Source: Patescibacteria group bacterium
Lineage (GTDB): Bacteria; Patescibacteriota; Minisyncoccia; Phycocordibacterales; Phycocordibacteraceae
DNA length: 64,000 nt
NCBI GenBank assembly: GCA_038078715.1
Contig: JBBTSU010000005.1
Location: 3,048-67,047 of the forward strand
Direction: 5' to 3'
The notes under the pieces were generated by a model, which saw only the letters and a list, made by a program, of their open reading frames with translations, ran no database searches and was not told the DNA's origin. Both the position numbers and the translations under genes were made by a program. This document shows, one piece after another, positions 26,371 through 36,462 of the stretch. Position 1 is the stretch's first letter. Each line of letters starts with the position of its first letter.

Positions 26371-27107
26371 TGACGTAGACGACCACGACTGGGTTTACCG
26401 TCCGCACTCCAGCCTTTGAAGGACCATTCGCCCTTGTCCTTGAACTTATTGAGAAGCGAAAGCTTCTGGTAAATGACCTGTCCCTTTCCCAAGTGACGGA
26501 TGATTTTATTACGCATGTGCGCAGTCAGGCAGAGTTTCCAATGGAAGACGCAGCAGACTTTATTCAAGTCGCGGCCACACTGCTTCTTATTAAGTCCAAA
26601 TCACTCATTCCTGATCTTGAGCTTTCTAATGAAGAGGAAGAAGACGTAGAGGATTTCAAACGCCGTTTGAAGATGTACGAGCAGGTACGCGAGGCGACTC
26701 GTGAACTCTCGCGCGTCTTTGGTCGCAAAGTAATGGTAGAGCCAGGAGAACGTGCACCGGAACCTATCTTTGCACCAAGTCCTGATGCAACACTTCCAAA
26801 TCTTGAGCGAGCACTTGCGGATGCACTTGCCGCACTTGAGAAGGTAGAGAAACTTCAGGAAGCGCGCGTGCGCCCCATGGTCACCATTGAAGAGATGATG
26901 GAGCGTCTTTTGGATCGGGTGCGTGGCGCACTATCTGTGTCATTCAAAGAATTCTCAGGGAACGCAAAAGAGAAGGTGGAGATTATTGTTTCGTTCTTGG
27001 CACTTCTTGAACTCGTGAAGCAGGGAAGTATAGACGCAGAGCAGGGGGAGCACTTCTCCGATATTCGGATTAAAGATACGACCACTGATCTCCCGAAGTA
27101 CGGTTAG
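26370..27107 (+). CDS. scpA: segregation and condensation protein A (kleisin ScpA); N-terminus interrupted by an in-frame TAG
   Basis: The C-terminal winged helix '...VSFLALLELVKQG' and the conserved N-terminal 'FEGPFALVLELIEKRKL' are both in frame. The ATG at 26370 overlaps the NIF3 stop ('TAATG') but is followed by ACG then TAG (26376-26378). The first downstream ATG (26493) would delete the conserved N-terminus. Boundaries are uncertain. Confidence 0.6.
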
Positions 27108-27874
27108 AGAATCACAAAGAAGAATACGAGTGCAAGAAGAATTCGGTAGATACCGAATGGGATGAAGGTGTAATTGCGGATGAAGTTAAGGAGGAACTTG
27201 ATTGCGGCAATGGCGACCAAAAAGGAGACCACAAAGCCAATCGCAAGAAGCATAAAGTCATTTTCCGTAAACACATGTGAGTTTTTAAGAATGTCGTATC
27301 CAGTTGCGGCTGCAATCGTAGGAACCGCAAGAAGGAAGGAGAACTCCACAATGGCGACACGGGATACTCCAAGAAGAAGACCCCCGACAATCGTCGCTCC
27401 TGAACGGGAGACCCCAGGAATAACGGCAAGTGCCTGAATAAGACCAATAAAGAATGCTTGAAGGTACGATATATCCTTCACATCCTTGTGTGCATCCTCT
27501 TTCTCCTTATGAAAGAACTCAAGCGCGATGAGGGCAATACCTCCCAGGAACAGAGAGGCGAGAATCACCTCCATGCTTTCAAAGAGATAGTCCTTAATGA
27601 AAGAGTAGAGAAAGAATCCAATGACTGCGGTCGGAATAAAGGCAGCCAGGAGACGCTTTATAACCTCTAGATCAAGGAAGGACTTCCAATAAAGAAAGAC
27701 TACAGCAGCAATAGCGCCAAGCTGGATGACGATCTCGTAACTCTTAAGAAATTCGGTTGGCGTAAGACCAAGAAGTTCTGCGGCAAGAATCAGGTGGCCG
27801 GTAGAGGAGATAGGGAGGAACTCGGTAATACCTTCAACGATACCGAGTATGACGCTATCGAGGGGGGTCATCAT
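27104..27874 (-). CDS. uppP: undecaprenyl-diphosphatase (BacA/UppP)
   Basis: 'VEGITEFLPISSTGHL' signature; 8 TM helices. Confidence 0.9.
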   Translation of the reverse strand: MMTPLDSVILGIVEGITEFLPISSTGHLILAAELLGLTPTEFLKSYEIVIQLGAIAAVVFLYWKSFLDLEVIKRLLAAFIPTAVIGFFLYSFIKDYLFESMEVILASLFLGGIALIALEFFHKEKEDAHKDVKDISYLQAFFIGLIQALAVIPGVSRSGATIVGGLLLGVSRVAIVEFSFLLAVPTIAAATGYDILKNSHVFTENDFMLLAIGFVVSFLVAIAAIKFLLNFIRNYTFIPFGIYRILLALVFFFVIL

Positions 27875-27935
27875 GAAGCGCTATTATACACCGCGGATTT
27901 TGCGACCTAGAGGCTCTGCGGTATTCTGGAGCGAC

Positions 27936-28496
27936 ATGCCTCTTTCTACTGAAAGCCTCCTTGAAGCCGTCCTCTTTGCCTCTGGTGAAGCGATGCCTAA
28001 AAAACGTCTTGCATCGTTGCTTGGTATTTCTGCTGATCAGCTTCAGGCTGCAGCGGATCGTCTTCGCGAAACCCTTACGGAACGAGGTCTTGCGCTCATT
28101 GAAACGGGGGGGGAGCTAGATCTTCGTACCAGCTCGGAGGCTGCAGACATAGTGAAGAAGCTTCGTGAGAGCGAGCTTTCACGCGATCTTGGAAAAGCAG
28201 GATTGGAGACCCTTGCACTCGTCCTCTACAAGAACGGCGCGACACGCGGAGAGATTGACTGGGTCCGCGGAGTGAACTCCTCTACGGCACTTCGTTCACT
28301 CTTGCTTCGTGGACTTATTCGCCGCACTGAAGATCCTACGGATCGTCGTCGTGCGCGCTACGAAGTAACCTCTGAGGCACTCGCACATCTCTCTGCAGAG
28401 CGACTTTCTGACCTCCCTCGTTACGAGGAATTTTCTGCTGCTCTCACACGAGAAGCAAGTGCGCAGGCAGCGGAAGAATCACAAGATGGAAACTAG
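27936..28496 (+). CDS. scpB: segregation and condensation protein B
   Basis: Start taken at 'MPLSTESLLEAVLFASGEAM' (the ScpB N-terminal motif); two winged-helix repeats. Confidence 0.8.
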   Translation: MPLSTESLLEAVLFASGEAMPKKRLASLLGISADQLQAAADRLRETLTERGLALIETGGELDLRTSSEAADIVKKLRESELSRDLGKAGLETLALVLYKNGATRGEIDWVRGVNSSTALRSLLLRGLIRRTEDPTDRRRARYEVTSEALAHLSAERLSDLPRYEEFSAALTREASAQAAEESQDGN

Positions 28497-29436
28497 CGAT
28501 TTTAAATCAGCAATTGAAAAAGATCTGCGCGAGCGCGGACGTCGTCGCACTATTGCAGTAGTCGCGGGTCTTAGTATGGCAGGACTTCTTGCGGGAGGTA
28601 TTGCACTTACCCAATTCACCGGAACTGAACCAATGGCGGAAGTACCGGTAGAAGTCGTCCCCGTTGATTACTATCAGGGAGTTGCACTCACTGCACAAGC
28701 AGCGATTGTCTACGATCTTGCGAAAGGGGAAGTGCTCTACCAGAAGAATGCAGATGCACAGCTTCCCCTTGCTTCCCTCACGAAACTTCTAACAGTCTAC
28801 GCAGGTGCAGGTGCACTTGCACGTGATGCGACCGTGCCGATTACTTTTAATGCACTTGCAGAAGAAGGTGATAGTGGATTTGCATACGGAGACACCTTTA
28901 CCTTTGAAGATCTCGCACGCCTCACACTGGTGAGCTCCTCTAATGATGGAGCATCGGCGATTGCAGAAGCGGCAGGACAGGCATACGCTTCCTCTGATTC
29001 CTCACTTCTTGCCTCTGCTGCACAGTCTGCGGGACTTTCACAGACCTATGCAGTGAATGGTACGGGGCTGGATGAAAGCGGAAGTGTATCTGGAGGGTAT
29101 GGGTCGGCCCATGATGTTGCTATTCTTTCCGGCGCACTACTTTCTGCAGCACCAGATCTTGCCCAGGCAACTACCGAATCTTTTATTTCTATAACCTCAC
29201 GCGAGGGGAAGACCTTCACCGAAAAGAACACCAACCAGGAGATTCCCGCGTTCCCGGGCGCGCTTCTTTCAAAGACTGGTTTTACTGATCTTGCAGGAGG
29301 AAATCTTACCGTCGTGTATGACGCAGGGATTAATCATCCCATTGCCATTGTGGTGCTTGGCTCCACACGAGAAGGACGCTTTACGGACGTAGAGCGCCTT
29401 CTCTCGCATACACTCAATCGCTTTGCCGCCCTATGA
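28486..29436 (+). CDS. D-alanyl-D-alanine carboxypeptidase (S11 peptidase, PBP5/6-like)
   Basis: SxxK 'ASLTKL', SxN 'SSSND', KTG 'KTGFT'; N-terminal TM anchor. The start could instead be the upstream ATG at 28459. Confidence 0.7.
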   Translation: METSDFKSAIEKDLRERGRRRTIAVVAGLSMAGLLAGGIALTQFTGTEPMAEVPVEVVPVDYYQGVALTAQAAIVYDLAKGEVLYQKNADAQLPLASLTKLLTVYAGAGALARDATVPITFNALAEEGDSGFAYGDTFTFEDLARLTLVSSSNDGASAIAEAAGQAYASSDSSLLASAAQSAGLSQTYAVNGTGLDESGSVSGGYGSAHDVAILSGALLSAAPDLAQATTESFISITSREGKTFTEKNTNQEIPAFPGALLSKTGFTDLAGGNLTVVYDAGINHPIAIVVLGSTREGRFTDVERLLSHTLNRFAAL

Positions 29437-30494
29437 TGCTTCTTGATGCCGCACGTGTCCTCCTCCCGTTCGTGATTGCCTTTGCGATTGGTATCTCTAT
29501 CGCACCGATTCTTACGCACTACCTTTTCAAATACAAAGCATGGAAGAAGAAGGGAGGAAAGGGGAAGGGGCTTGGTGATAGTCGGGGCACGCCACTCTTT
29601 GACGACTTGCATCGTGAGCGTGAGGTTTCTACTCCTCGCATGGGTGGCATTCTTATTTGGGCATCCACGATTATCACCGTCGTCTTCCTTTGGGTTATTG
29701 CTACTTTCTTTGGAGAACCATTTGCAGGATTTGATTTCGTGGATCGCGGACAAACCTGGCTTCCCCTTGTGGCGCTTTTGATTGGTGCGGGTATTGGACT
29801 CCTTGATGACTTTCTAGAGATCACCCAAAGCACAGGAGGATTGTCACTCAAGTGGCGACTTATGTTTGTCTCACTCTTTGGTATCGTCGCTGGTTGGTGG
29901 TTCTACGACAAGCTTGATGTGTCTGCGGTGGGGATTCCGTTTTTTGGTCCATTTGAGCTTGGACCTCTTTTCATACTCTTCTTCTGGTTTGTCACCATTG
30001 CCATTTATGCAAGTGGCGTCATAGATGGGATTGATGGGCTTGCGGGAGGTATCTTCGGCATCATCTTCCTTGCGTATGCGGGCATCGCCTTTGCACAGGA
30101 ACAAGTCGCCCTTGCCGCGTTTGCCTCAACCGTTGCCGGCGGCATCTTTGCATTCTTGTGGTTTAACGTACCGCCCGCACGTTTCTATATGTCAGAGACA
30201 GGGAGTATGGCACTCACGCTCGCACTTGCGGTGACTGCATTCTCTTCGGATGTACTGGGGGACGGAGTCGGTGTTGCGGTGCTTCCAATTATTGCGTTTC
30301 CACTTACCGCAACCGTACTCGCGAATGTACTTCAGGTGATCTCTAAGAAAGTGTTTAAAAAGAAACTCTTCCGCATTGCACCGATTCATCATCATTTTGA
30401 GACGATGGGCTGGCCACCGTACAAGGTCACTATGCGCTATTGGATCATCACGATTATTGCAGGTGTCTTTGGGCTCACGATCGCGCTTCTCTAG
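29433..30494 (+). CDS. mraY: phospho-N-acetylmuramoyl-pentapeptide transferase
   Basis: 'DDFLEI', 'GVIDGIDGLAGG' and 'APIHHHFE' motifs; 10 TM. Confidence 0.9.
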   Translation: MMLLDAARVLLPFVIAFAIGISIAPILTHYLFKYKAWKKKGGKGKGLGDSRGTPLFDDLHREREVSTPRMGGILIWASTIITVVFLWVIATFFGEPFAGFDFVDRGQTWLPLVALLIGAGIGLLDDFLEITQSTGGLSLKWRLMFVSLFGIVAGWWFYDKLDVSAVGIPFFGPFELGPLFILFFWFVTIAIYASGVIDGIDGLAGGIFGIIFLAYAGIAFAQEQVALAAFASTVAGGIFAFLWFNVPPARFYMSETGSMALTLALAVTAFSSDVLGDGVGVAVLPIIAFPLTATVLANVLQVISKKVFKKKLFRIAPIHHHFETMGWPPYKVTMRYWIITIIAGVFGLTIALL

Positions 30495-30497
30495 ACT

Positions 30498-31616
30498 ATG
30501 TTTTTTACCAAATCAAGCTTCTCAGGTGATCGGGTGTTCGCGCTCATCGTCCTTGCACTTGTGGTAGGAGGGCTGGCAATGTTTTCATCTGCAGCGCTTG
30601 GTCTTCTTGCACGCCCTGATGGTTCTCCATGGCGTCTTGCACTCACGCAGCTTGTGTTGGGGCTTCTCCCTGGCATCATCGCACTGCTTGCACTTCGCTT
30701 TGCACGCCCTGACTGGATCCGAAAGGCAATCACTCCGTTTTATATCATTGCCATTCTTCTTACTGCCTCTGTCTTTATTCCTGGGATAGGACAAACGGTG
30801 AATGGTGCGACACGCTGGATTGATCTTGGATTTACGACCGTGCAGCCATCCGAGTTCCTTAAGATCGCTACCATCCTTATGATCGCGTCCTTTCTTGCTT
30901 CTGCAAAAGGGAAGTTGGGAAACATAATGACCGGCCTTGTACCGTTTGGGGTGATTGCCGGTATTCCCGCTCTTATTCTTCTTGCGCAGCCAAACACCTC
31001 TACAGTGCTTATCATTGGTGCAACTTCAGTTGCTCTCTATTTCATTGCCGGCGCACCATGGCGTGACTTTGCGATTATTGGACTTGGTGCGGTAGTAGGT
31101 CTCGCCATTCTCGTGTCCATGCGTCCGTATCTTATGGAGCGCGTTGCAACCTTCATAGATCCCTCTCGCGATCCACTTGCAAGTGGGTATCAGATTCAGC
31201 AGTCACTGATTGCGATAGGATCTGGTGGTGCACTTGGGCGTGGGTTCGGACAGAGTGCGCAGAAGTTTAACTATCTTCCTGAACCAGTCGGTGACTCCGT
31301 GTTCGCGGTGTTTGGTGAAGAGTTTGGATTCCTTGGAACCACCTTCATCGTCTTGTTGTTTGTTGCCTTTGCTGCGAGAGGAGTTGCGATTGCGGCGACT
31401 GCAGGCACTGCCTTTGGTGCCTATGCCGCAACTGGGCTCACCTTATTAATTACGTTCTCGGCATTCTTAAATATTGGTGCCATGCTGGGGATCTTCCCGC
31501 TCACGGGGCTTCCACTCCCGTTTGTGTCGCACGGGGGAAGTGCGCTCCTCGCCGCTCTTGCCTCGGTGGGTATTATTTTGAACGTAGCCGCACACCGAGC
31601 TAAGCAAAAAGCTTGA
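30498..31616 (+). CDS. ftsW: SEDS-family peptidoglycan polymerase FtsW/RodA
   Basis: 'GRGFGQSAQKFNYLPEPVGDSVFAVFGEEFGFLG' is a core SEDS motif. Position is between mraY and murG. Confidence 0.85.
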   Translation: MFFTKSSFSGDRVFALIVLALVVGGLAMFSSAALGLLARPDGSPWRLALTQLVLGLLPGIIALLALRFARPDWIRKAITPFYIIAILLTASVFIPGIGQTVNGATRWIDLGFTTVQPSEFLKIATILMIASFLASAKGKLGNIMTGLVPFGVIAGIPALILLAQPNTSTVLIIGATSVALYFIAGAPWRDFAIIGLGAVVGLAILVSMRPYLMERVATFIDPSRDPLASGYQIQQSLIAIGSGGALGRGFGQSAQKFNYLPEPVGDSVFAVFGEEFGFLGTTFIVLLFVAFAARGVAIAATAGTAFGAYAATGLTLLITFSAFLNIGAMLGIFPLTGLPLPFVSHGGSALLAALASVGIILNVAAHRAKQKA

Positions 31617-31637
31617 GTGGTATAATCGCTCCTATCT

Positions 31638-32780
31638 ATGAAGGTCGTCTTTACCGGAGGGGGAACAGGAGGTCACTTCTATCCTATTGTTGCAATTGCG
31701 GAAGCAATTCGTGATGAAGTGCGTGATCGCCGACTCATTGCGCCGAAACTCTACTACATGGCGCCCTCTGCCTATGACATGGAGGCATTGTTTGAGAACG
31801 AGATTGTCTTTGTTGCCTGTCCAGCAGGAAAGGTGCGTCGCTATTTCTCCTTTCAAAACATCACCGATGGATTCCTTACCATCACGGGCACCATCTACGC
31901 ATTCTTGATGCTCCTTCGTTTGTATCCTGACGTCATTGTCTCTAAAGGAGGATATGCCAGTGTACCGACGGTGATTGCGGGCGCGATTCTTGGTATTCCG
32001 ATCATTATTCATGAGTCTGATGCAAAGCCAGGACGTGCCAATCTTTTTGCTGCACGTTTTGCACATCGTATTGCTGTTGCCTTTGAAAGTGCCGCTGCCT
32101 ACTTCCCCAAGAACATGCAAAAGAAAGTGGCACGCACGGGTATTCCGGTCCGCAAGGATTTGATGAAACTTGAGCGTGAAGGAGCCGCACAGTATTTGGA
32201 TCTGGATCCTGCGGCACCTACCATTCTCGTCATCGGAGGCTCTAGTGGTTCTCTTCGTATGAACGAAACTCTGCTTGCGGCACTTCCTGAGCTCGTGAAC
32301 GTCGGCAATGTGATTCATCAGACCGGAAAGGATCATTTCAAGAGTATGGAGAAGACAGCACCGGTTGCGCTTTCTGGGAACTCAAACGCCAGCCGCTATC
32401 ATCCATTCCCGTACCTTTCTACGCTTTCTATGCGCCGCGCTGCAGGCGCTGCGGATCTTGTGATCTCTCGTGCAGGTGCAACGGCTATTACTGAGATTGC
32501 CATCTGGGGTACGCCTGCCATTCTCATCCCTATTCCTGAAGAGATTAGCCACGACCAGCGCACCAATGCCTATTCCTACGCACACACGGGTGCCGCAACG
32601 GTGATTGAGGAGATCAACCTTACGCCGCATGTGCTTGTAAGCGAAGTGAAGCGCATCATTGAAAACCCTGAGCTTCGTATGCAGATGAAAGGGAAGAGTG
32701 CCGGATTTGCAAACTTAGATGCCGCAAAGATTATTGCAGAGGAAGTGCTCTCTATTGGACTGGCACACGAGAAGGTATGA
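31638..32780 (+). CDS. murG: undecaprenyldiphospho-muramoylpentapeptide beta-N-acetylglucosaminyltransferase
   Basis: 'MKVVFTGGGTGGHFYPIVAIAEAI' (G-loop 1) and the C-terminal 'AGATAITEIAIWGTPAILIP'. Confidence 0.9.
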   Translation: MKVVFTGGGTGGHFYPIVAIAEAIRDEVRDRRLIAPKLYYMAPSAYDMEALFENEIVFVACPAGKVRRYFSFQNITDGFLTITGTIYAFLMLLRLYPDVIVSKGGYASVPTVIAGAILGIPIIIHESDAKPGRANLFAARFAHRIAVAFESAAAYFPKNMQKKVARTGIPVRKDLMKLEREGAAQYLDLDPAAPTILVIGGSSGSLRMNETLLAALPELVNVGNVIHQTGKDHFKSMEKTAPVALSGNSNASRYHPFPYLSTLSMRRAAGAADLVISRAGATAITEIAIWGTPAILIPIPEEISHDQRTNAYSYAHTGAATVIEEINLTPHVLVSEVKRIIENPELRMQMKGKSAGFANLDAAKIIAEEVLSIGLAHEKV

Positions 32781-34195
32781 GTAAGGTCGTCACACGATTT
32801 GCACCGAGTCCTACCGGCTTCATGCACGTGGGTGGCGTGCGCACTGCACTCTTTGCATGGCTTCATGCACGAAAGAATGGAGGGAAGTTTATTCTCCGCA
32901 TTGAAGACACGGACAAGGCACGCGAAGTAGAGGGATCTATCGCACACATCATTGAGTCACTGAAGTGGCTCGGCATTGAGTGGGATGAAGGCCCTGACAT
33001 TAGTGGACCACATGCACCCTATCTTCAGTCAGATCGTCTTGAGACCTACAAAGAATACGCACGGAAACTCATAGAAAAGGGGTACGCCTACTCTGATCCA
33101 TTTACCGAGGAACAGGTAGAAGAGTGGCGGAAACAGGCAGAAGCAGAGAAGCGTCCATTCTTGTTCCGTGAACATCGTCCGGAGTCCACAGAACCATGGG
33201 ATGGAAAGCGTCCACTTAGATTCAAAGTACCTGAAGTGAAGCGCTATGAGTGGGAGGATCTTGCATGGGGAAGTTTATCCGCTGGAGAAGAGGCACTTGA
33301 TGATTTCATTCTCATTAAGGGAGACGGATACCCCACGTACAATTTCGCGCACATTGTGGACGATCTTTTAATGGAAGTGACGCACATTGTACGTGGTCAG
33401 GAATTCATTTCTTCTACGCCAAAGTTCCTTTCGTTGTATGACGCGCTTGGCATAGAACGCCCGCATTTTGCGACCATGCCCGTTATTCTTGGAGACGCAG
33501 GTACGAAAAAACTTGGAAAGCGTGATGGTGCGAAAGATATTCTTGAATACCGTGACGAAGGATATCTCCCAGAAGCAATGGTGAATTTTCTTGCACTTCT
33601 CGGATGGCATCCAGAAAGTGGTTCAGAGATTTTGTCTCGCGAGGATCTTTTAGAATCCTTTGATCTCTCTCGCGTACAGAAAGGCGGTGCACGTTTTGAT
33701 GAAGAGAAGCTGCTCCATATCAATCGTGAATGGATGCGGAAACTGTCTCCAGAAGACTATATAACAACGGGAAATCTCTCTGGTTCACACCCTGAGCGGC
33801 TCTTGAAGATAGTGCCTATTTTGAAGGAGCGTGCCCAAACCTTTAAGGAGGCTCGGAAGATGCTTACTGGGGAACTGTCCTGCCTTTTTGAGGCTCCTAC
33901 GCTTGATACAGGCCTTCTTTCGGGCAAGGAGGGCGAAGGGCAACCTGGCACTACAAAATGCCATCTAGAGGCCATAAAAGGCCTTGTAGAGGGGCTTCGT
34001 GAAGGAGCTGATCCTGAGGCCGTAAAGGCCGTGCTTATGCCGTATGCTGATGAAAAGGGAAGGGCTGCTGTCCTCTGGCCAACTCGCTATGCGCTCTCTG
34101 GTGCGGAACGCTCTCCAGATCCATTTACACTCATCTCTGTACTCGGAAAAGAAGAAACACTCTTACGTCTCACTGCCGCAATTGATATACTGTAA
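32777..34195 (+). CDS. gltX: glutamyl-tRNA synthetase
   Basis: 'RFAPSPTGFMHVGGVRTALFAW' (HIGH region) and the KMSKS-type 'KLGKRDG'. Confidence 0.9.
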   Translation: MSKVVTRFAPSPTGFMHVGGVRTALFAWLHARKNGGKFILRIEDTDKAREVEGSIAHIIESLKWLGIEWDEGPDISGPHAPYLQSDRLETYKEYARKLIEKGYAYSDPFTEEQVEEWRKQAEAEKRPFLFREHRPESTEPWDGKRPLRFKVPEVKRYEWEDLAWGSLSAGEEALDDFILIKGDGYPTYNFAHIVDDLLMEVTHIVRGQEFISSTPKFLSLYDALGIERPHFATMPVILGDAGTKKLGKRDGAKDILEYRDEGYLPEAMVNFLALLGWHPESGSEILSREDLLESFDLSRVQKGGARFDEEKLLHINREWMRKLSPEDYITTGNLSGSHPERLLKIVPILKERAQTFKEARKMLTGELSCLFEAPTLDTGLLSGKEGEGQPGTTKCHLEAIKGLVEGLREGADPEAVKAVLMPYADEKGRAAVLWPTRYALSGAERSPDPFTLISVLGKEETLLRLTAAIDIL

Positions 34196-34198
34196 CCA

Positions 34199-35533
34199 AT
34201 GAACGGACGTTCTTTGGTATACGGACTTGTCGCCCTGCTTGCACTGGCATCATTGCCGATCGGTGCCACTGCGCAATCCGCCTCAGATCTTAAAGAGCAG
34301 ATAGAAGACATCAATCGTCGTCGTGCGGCAATTGACGCAGAGATTGCGGGGTACCAAAAGGAACTAAACGTACTCTCAGGAGAGAAGCAAACTCTTCAGT
34401 CAGCAATTAAAACCCTGGATGTCTCTCGCTCACAGACAGCTTCTCAGATCCGCTCTACTGAAAACAAAATTGAGTCTGCAAACCTCAAGCTTCAAGAGTT
34501 AGCGTATGAAATTGCAGATAAAGAAACATTGATAGCCATAGATCGTGCGACCGTCGCGCAATCCATTCGGACGATGGCACAGATGGACGATCTCTCTACC
34601 TTTGAATATCTTCTTTCCTCCACTGATCTTTCTGACGCATGGCACGCAGTGGATGCGGCAACCAGTGTGAATGAAGCGCTTCGCACACATGCACGTGCAC
34701 TTTCAGAAACCAAGCAAGTCTTGAACGTACAGCATGAGGAAGTGGGTGCTACTAAGAAAGATCTTTCCTCACTTTCCGTGGATTTGAATACCCAGAAGAA
34801 GACGCTTGATGTGAACCGACAGAGCAAACAGTCACTTCTTTCACAAACACAAAGTGAAGAGGCGGCGTATCAGGAATTGATTGCAAAAAAACGTGCAGAG
34901 CAGGCACTCTTTGAGTCTGAGCTTGATCGCTTGGAACAGCAGCTCACCGGGAGTGTGGACTCCTCACGTATTCCATCTGCAGGCTCTGGTGTGCTTGCGT
35001 GGCCGTTCTCTTCTACCTACATGAGTAACTGTTCGGGTAAGTCTAGTGTGCTCGGAAACGTATACTGCATCACACAGTACTTCGGTAACACGGCATTCTC
35101 AACGGCAAATCCTCAGATCTACAACGGCGCAGGACATAACGCGGTCGACTTCAGTGCGCCCACTGGCACCGCATTGCAAGCGGCACTTTCTGGAACTATT
35201 ACCGATACAGGTAACACCGATTCTGTACCTGGGTGTTACTCATTCGGTAAATGGGTGTTGATCAAACACGCAAACGGTCTCTCTACTCTTTACGCACACT
35301 TGTCATCTATAGCGGTGTCGGCAGGGCAGTCGGTCTCGACTGGACAGGTCATCGGGTACTCCGGCATGACCGGGTACGCCACTGGTCCGCACCTTCACTT
35401 CGGTGTGTATGCATCTGAAGCAGTGCAGGTGATGACCCTTGCGCAGTTCAGAGGCGCCACGAGCGCGTGTGCGAACGCAAAGATGCCGGTCGCACCACGC
35501 GAAGCCTACCTAAATCCAATGTCCTACCTCTAA
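34199..35533 (+). CDS. secreted coiled-coil M23-family peptidoglycan metalloendopeptidase (EnvC/LytM-like)
   Basis: Signal peptide, about 230 aa of coiled coil, and a C-terminal M23 domain ('HNAVDF...G', 'HLHFGVY'). Confidence 0.8.
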   Translation: MNGRSLVYGLVALLALASLPIGATAQSASDLKEQIEDINRRRAAIDAEIAGYQKELNVLSGEKQTLQSAIKTLDVSRSQTASQIRSTENKIESANLKLQELAYEIADKETLIAIDRATVAQSIRTMAQMDDLSTFEYLLSSTDLSDAWHAVDAATSVNEALRTHARALSETKQVLNVQHEEVGATKKDLSSLSVDLNTQKKTLDVNRQSKQSLLSQTQSEEAAYQELIAKKRAEQALFESELDRLEQQLTGSVDSSRIPSAGSGVLAWPFSSTYMSNCSGKSSVLGNVYCITQYFGNTAFSTANPQIYNGAGHNAVDFSAPTGTALQAALSGTITDTGNTDSVPGCYSFGKWVLIKHANGLSTLYAHLSSIAVSAGQSVSTGQVIGYSGMTGYATGPHLHFGVYASEAVQVMTLAQFRGATSACANAKMPVAPREAYLNPMSYL

Positions 35534-35635
35534 TTCACATATATACGTTCTCAACTATTCTATGTGCGCTCGTAATTGATACTTCTCGTAACCGGAGTAT
35601 CATTATAGAAAGGTTATTACTAACTTCCACTCTCC

Positions 35636-36055
35636 ATGGCACCAAAAAAGAAAGTTGTCCGCAAAAAGCCAGGTACAACGGGACATGGAAAGTTTTACCG
35701 CATTGAGATTCGTCCCGATCAGAAATTCACGTCGTATCGCATGCAGGATGTGGGAAAGAAAGGTGGCCTTGAGCGCCTTGCAGGACGTCGTAGCAGCGGC
35801 AGCTGGGCAACGGTAAGTTGGTTGATTGCGAAGAAGAATGCGCATGTATCGGGGAAAACGCTCTTCATTGATAATGCCAAGGAACGTGCCGCACTCAAGA
35901 AAGCGCTTCGTGGACCTATCACGCATATAAAGGGTGATGTGTTCCGTGTACACCCTGTAAAGAATGTGCCGGAGAAGGCAAAGCCCACTCCTGCCATGAA
36001 GCGCGCGCAGAAGGCCAATATCAAGAAGGCGCAAGCTGCTAAAAAACGTACATAA
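35636..36055 (+). CDS. hypothetical lysine-rich basic protein (candidate nucleic-acid-binding protein)
   Basis: 139 aa with K/R-rich N- and C-termini ('MAPKKKVVRKKPG...', '...KRAQKANIKKAQAAKKRT'). It is preceded by a 102-bp AT-rich intergenic region. Confidence 0.55.
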   Translation: MAPKKKVVRKKPGTTGHGKFYRIEIRPDQKFTSYRMQDVGKKGGLERLAGRRSSGSWATVSWLIAKKNAHVSGKTLFIDNAKERAALKKALRGPITHIKGDVFRVHPVKNVPEKAKPTPAMKRAQKANIKKAQAAKKRT

Positions 36056-36057
36056 GT

Positions 36058-36462
36058 ATGAAAGGTTTCGTCACCAACATTGAGGAAGCAACTCTCGCCA
36101 ACACGAACTTCCGTCAAGTACTCTATACCGCAAAACACTCACAACTCGTGGTTATGTGCATTCCTGACGGTGAAGACATTGGAGAAGAGGTGCACGACGT
36201 GGATCAATTCATTCGTCTTGAGAAGGGAGAGGCTCAAAGCATTTTGAACGGAGTAGAACGAGATTTGACCGACGGTTCCGTCGTCATTATCCCTGCAGGA
36301 GTACGACACAACATAAAGAACACCGGGAAGGGTGATTTGAAGCTCTACACACTCTATGCCCCCTCGCACCACAAAGATGCGACAATACATAGGATCAAAG
36401 AAGATGCCCTCCAGGACGAGGAGCACTTCGATGGGGTAACGACTGACGACCTTTCTTCATGA
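36058..36462 (+). CDS. cupin-domain protein
   Basis: A 'G(X)5HXH(X)n E ... PAGVRHNIKN' two-motif cupin pattern. Confidence 0.65.
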   Translation: MKGFVTNIEEATLANTNFRQVLYTAKHSQLVVMCIPDGEDIGEEVHDVDQFIRLEKGEAQSILNGVERDLTDGSVVIIPAGVRHNIKNTGKGDLKLYTLYAPSHHKDATIHRIKEDALQDEEHFDGVTTDDLSS

